Positions 63,966 through 64,000 of a stretch of DNA of 64,000 bases are shown one piece after another. Both the position numbers and the translations under genes were made by a program. The notes under the pieces were generated by a model that was given only the letters and a program-made list of their open reading frames with translations, was not told the DNA's origin and ran no database searches. This DNA comes from Eledone cirrhosa (Eukaryota). Numbering within the stretch: position 1 is the stretch's first letter; every line of letters starts with the position of its first letter. The stretch spans positions 17,236,001 to 17,300,000 of the forward strand of contig OZ024751.1 of the NCBI GenBank assembly GCA_964016885.1, in the 5' to 3' direction.

Positions 63966-64000
63966 TATATGCCAATACACCCAACTTTAGTATACAGTCT

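Overview
AT-rich, microsatellite-saturated animal DNA. The SINE families resemble those I recall from Octopus, so a cephalopod source is inferred, not shown. I find no intact host gene, and most ORF-track entries are translations of simple repeats. The window is a retroelement graveyard. It holds more than 20 copies of a tRNA-derived Meta-domain-type SINE, several CORE-type SINEs, three mariner-type MITEs, a probable Helitron, and decayed R4/Dong, Tx1/L1, CRE and RTE retrotransposons. It also holds a Penelope-like element (PLE) remnant whose GIY-YIG endonuclease (28364-28783, minus) is missing from the ORF track. The most striking feature is the set of short unique 'islands' inside (TA)n tracts. 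These repeatedly carry type I hammerhead ribozyme folds: 8 with an intact CUGANGA/GAAA/UH core and clear helices, and about 8 more degenerate ones, from several unrelated families. Many islands are fold-back palindromes, and several turn exactly at a ribozyme helix. A candidate HDV-like ribozyme sits at the 5' end of an RTE-like fragment. All ribozyme folds were read by eye and none is shown to be active.
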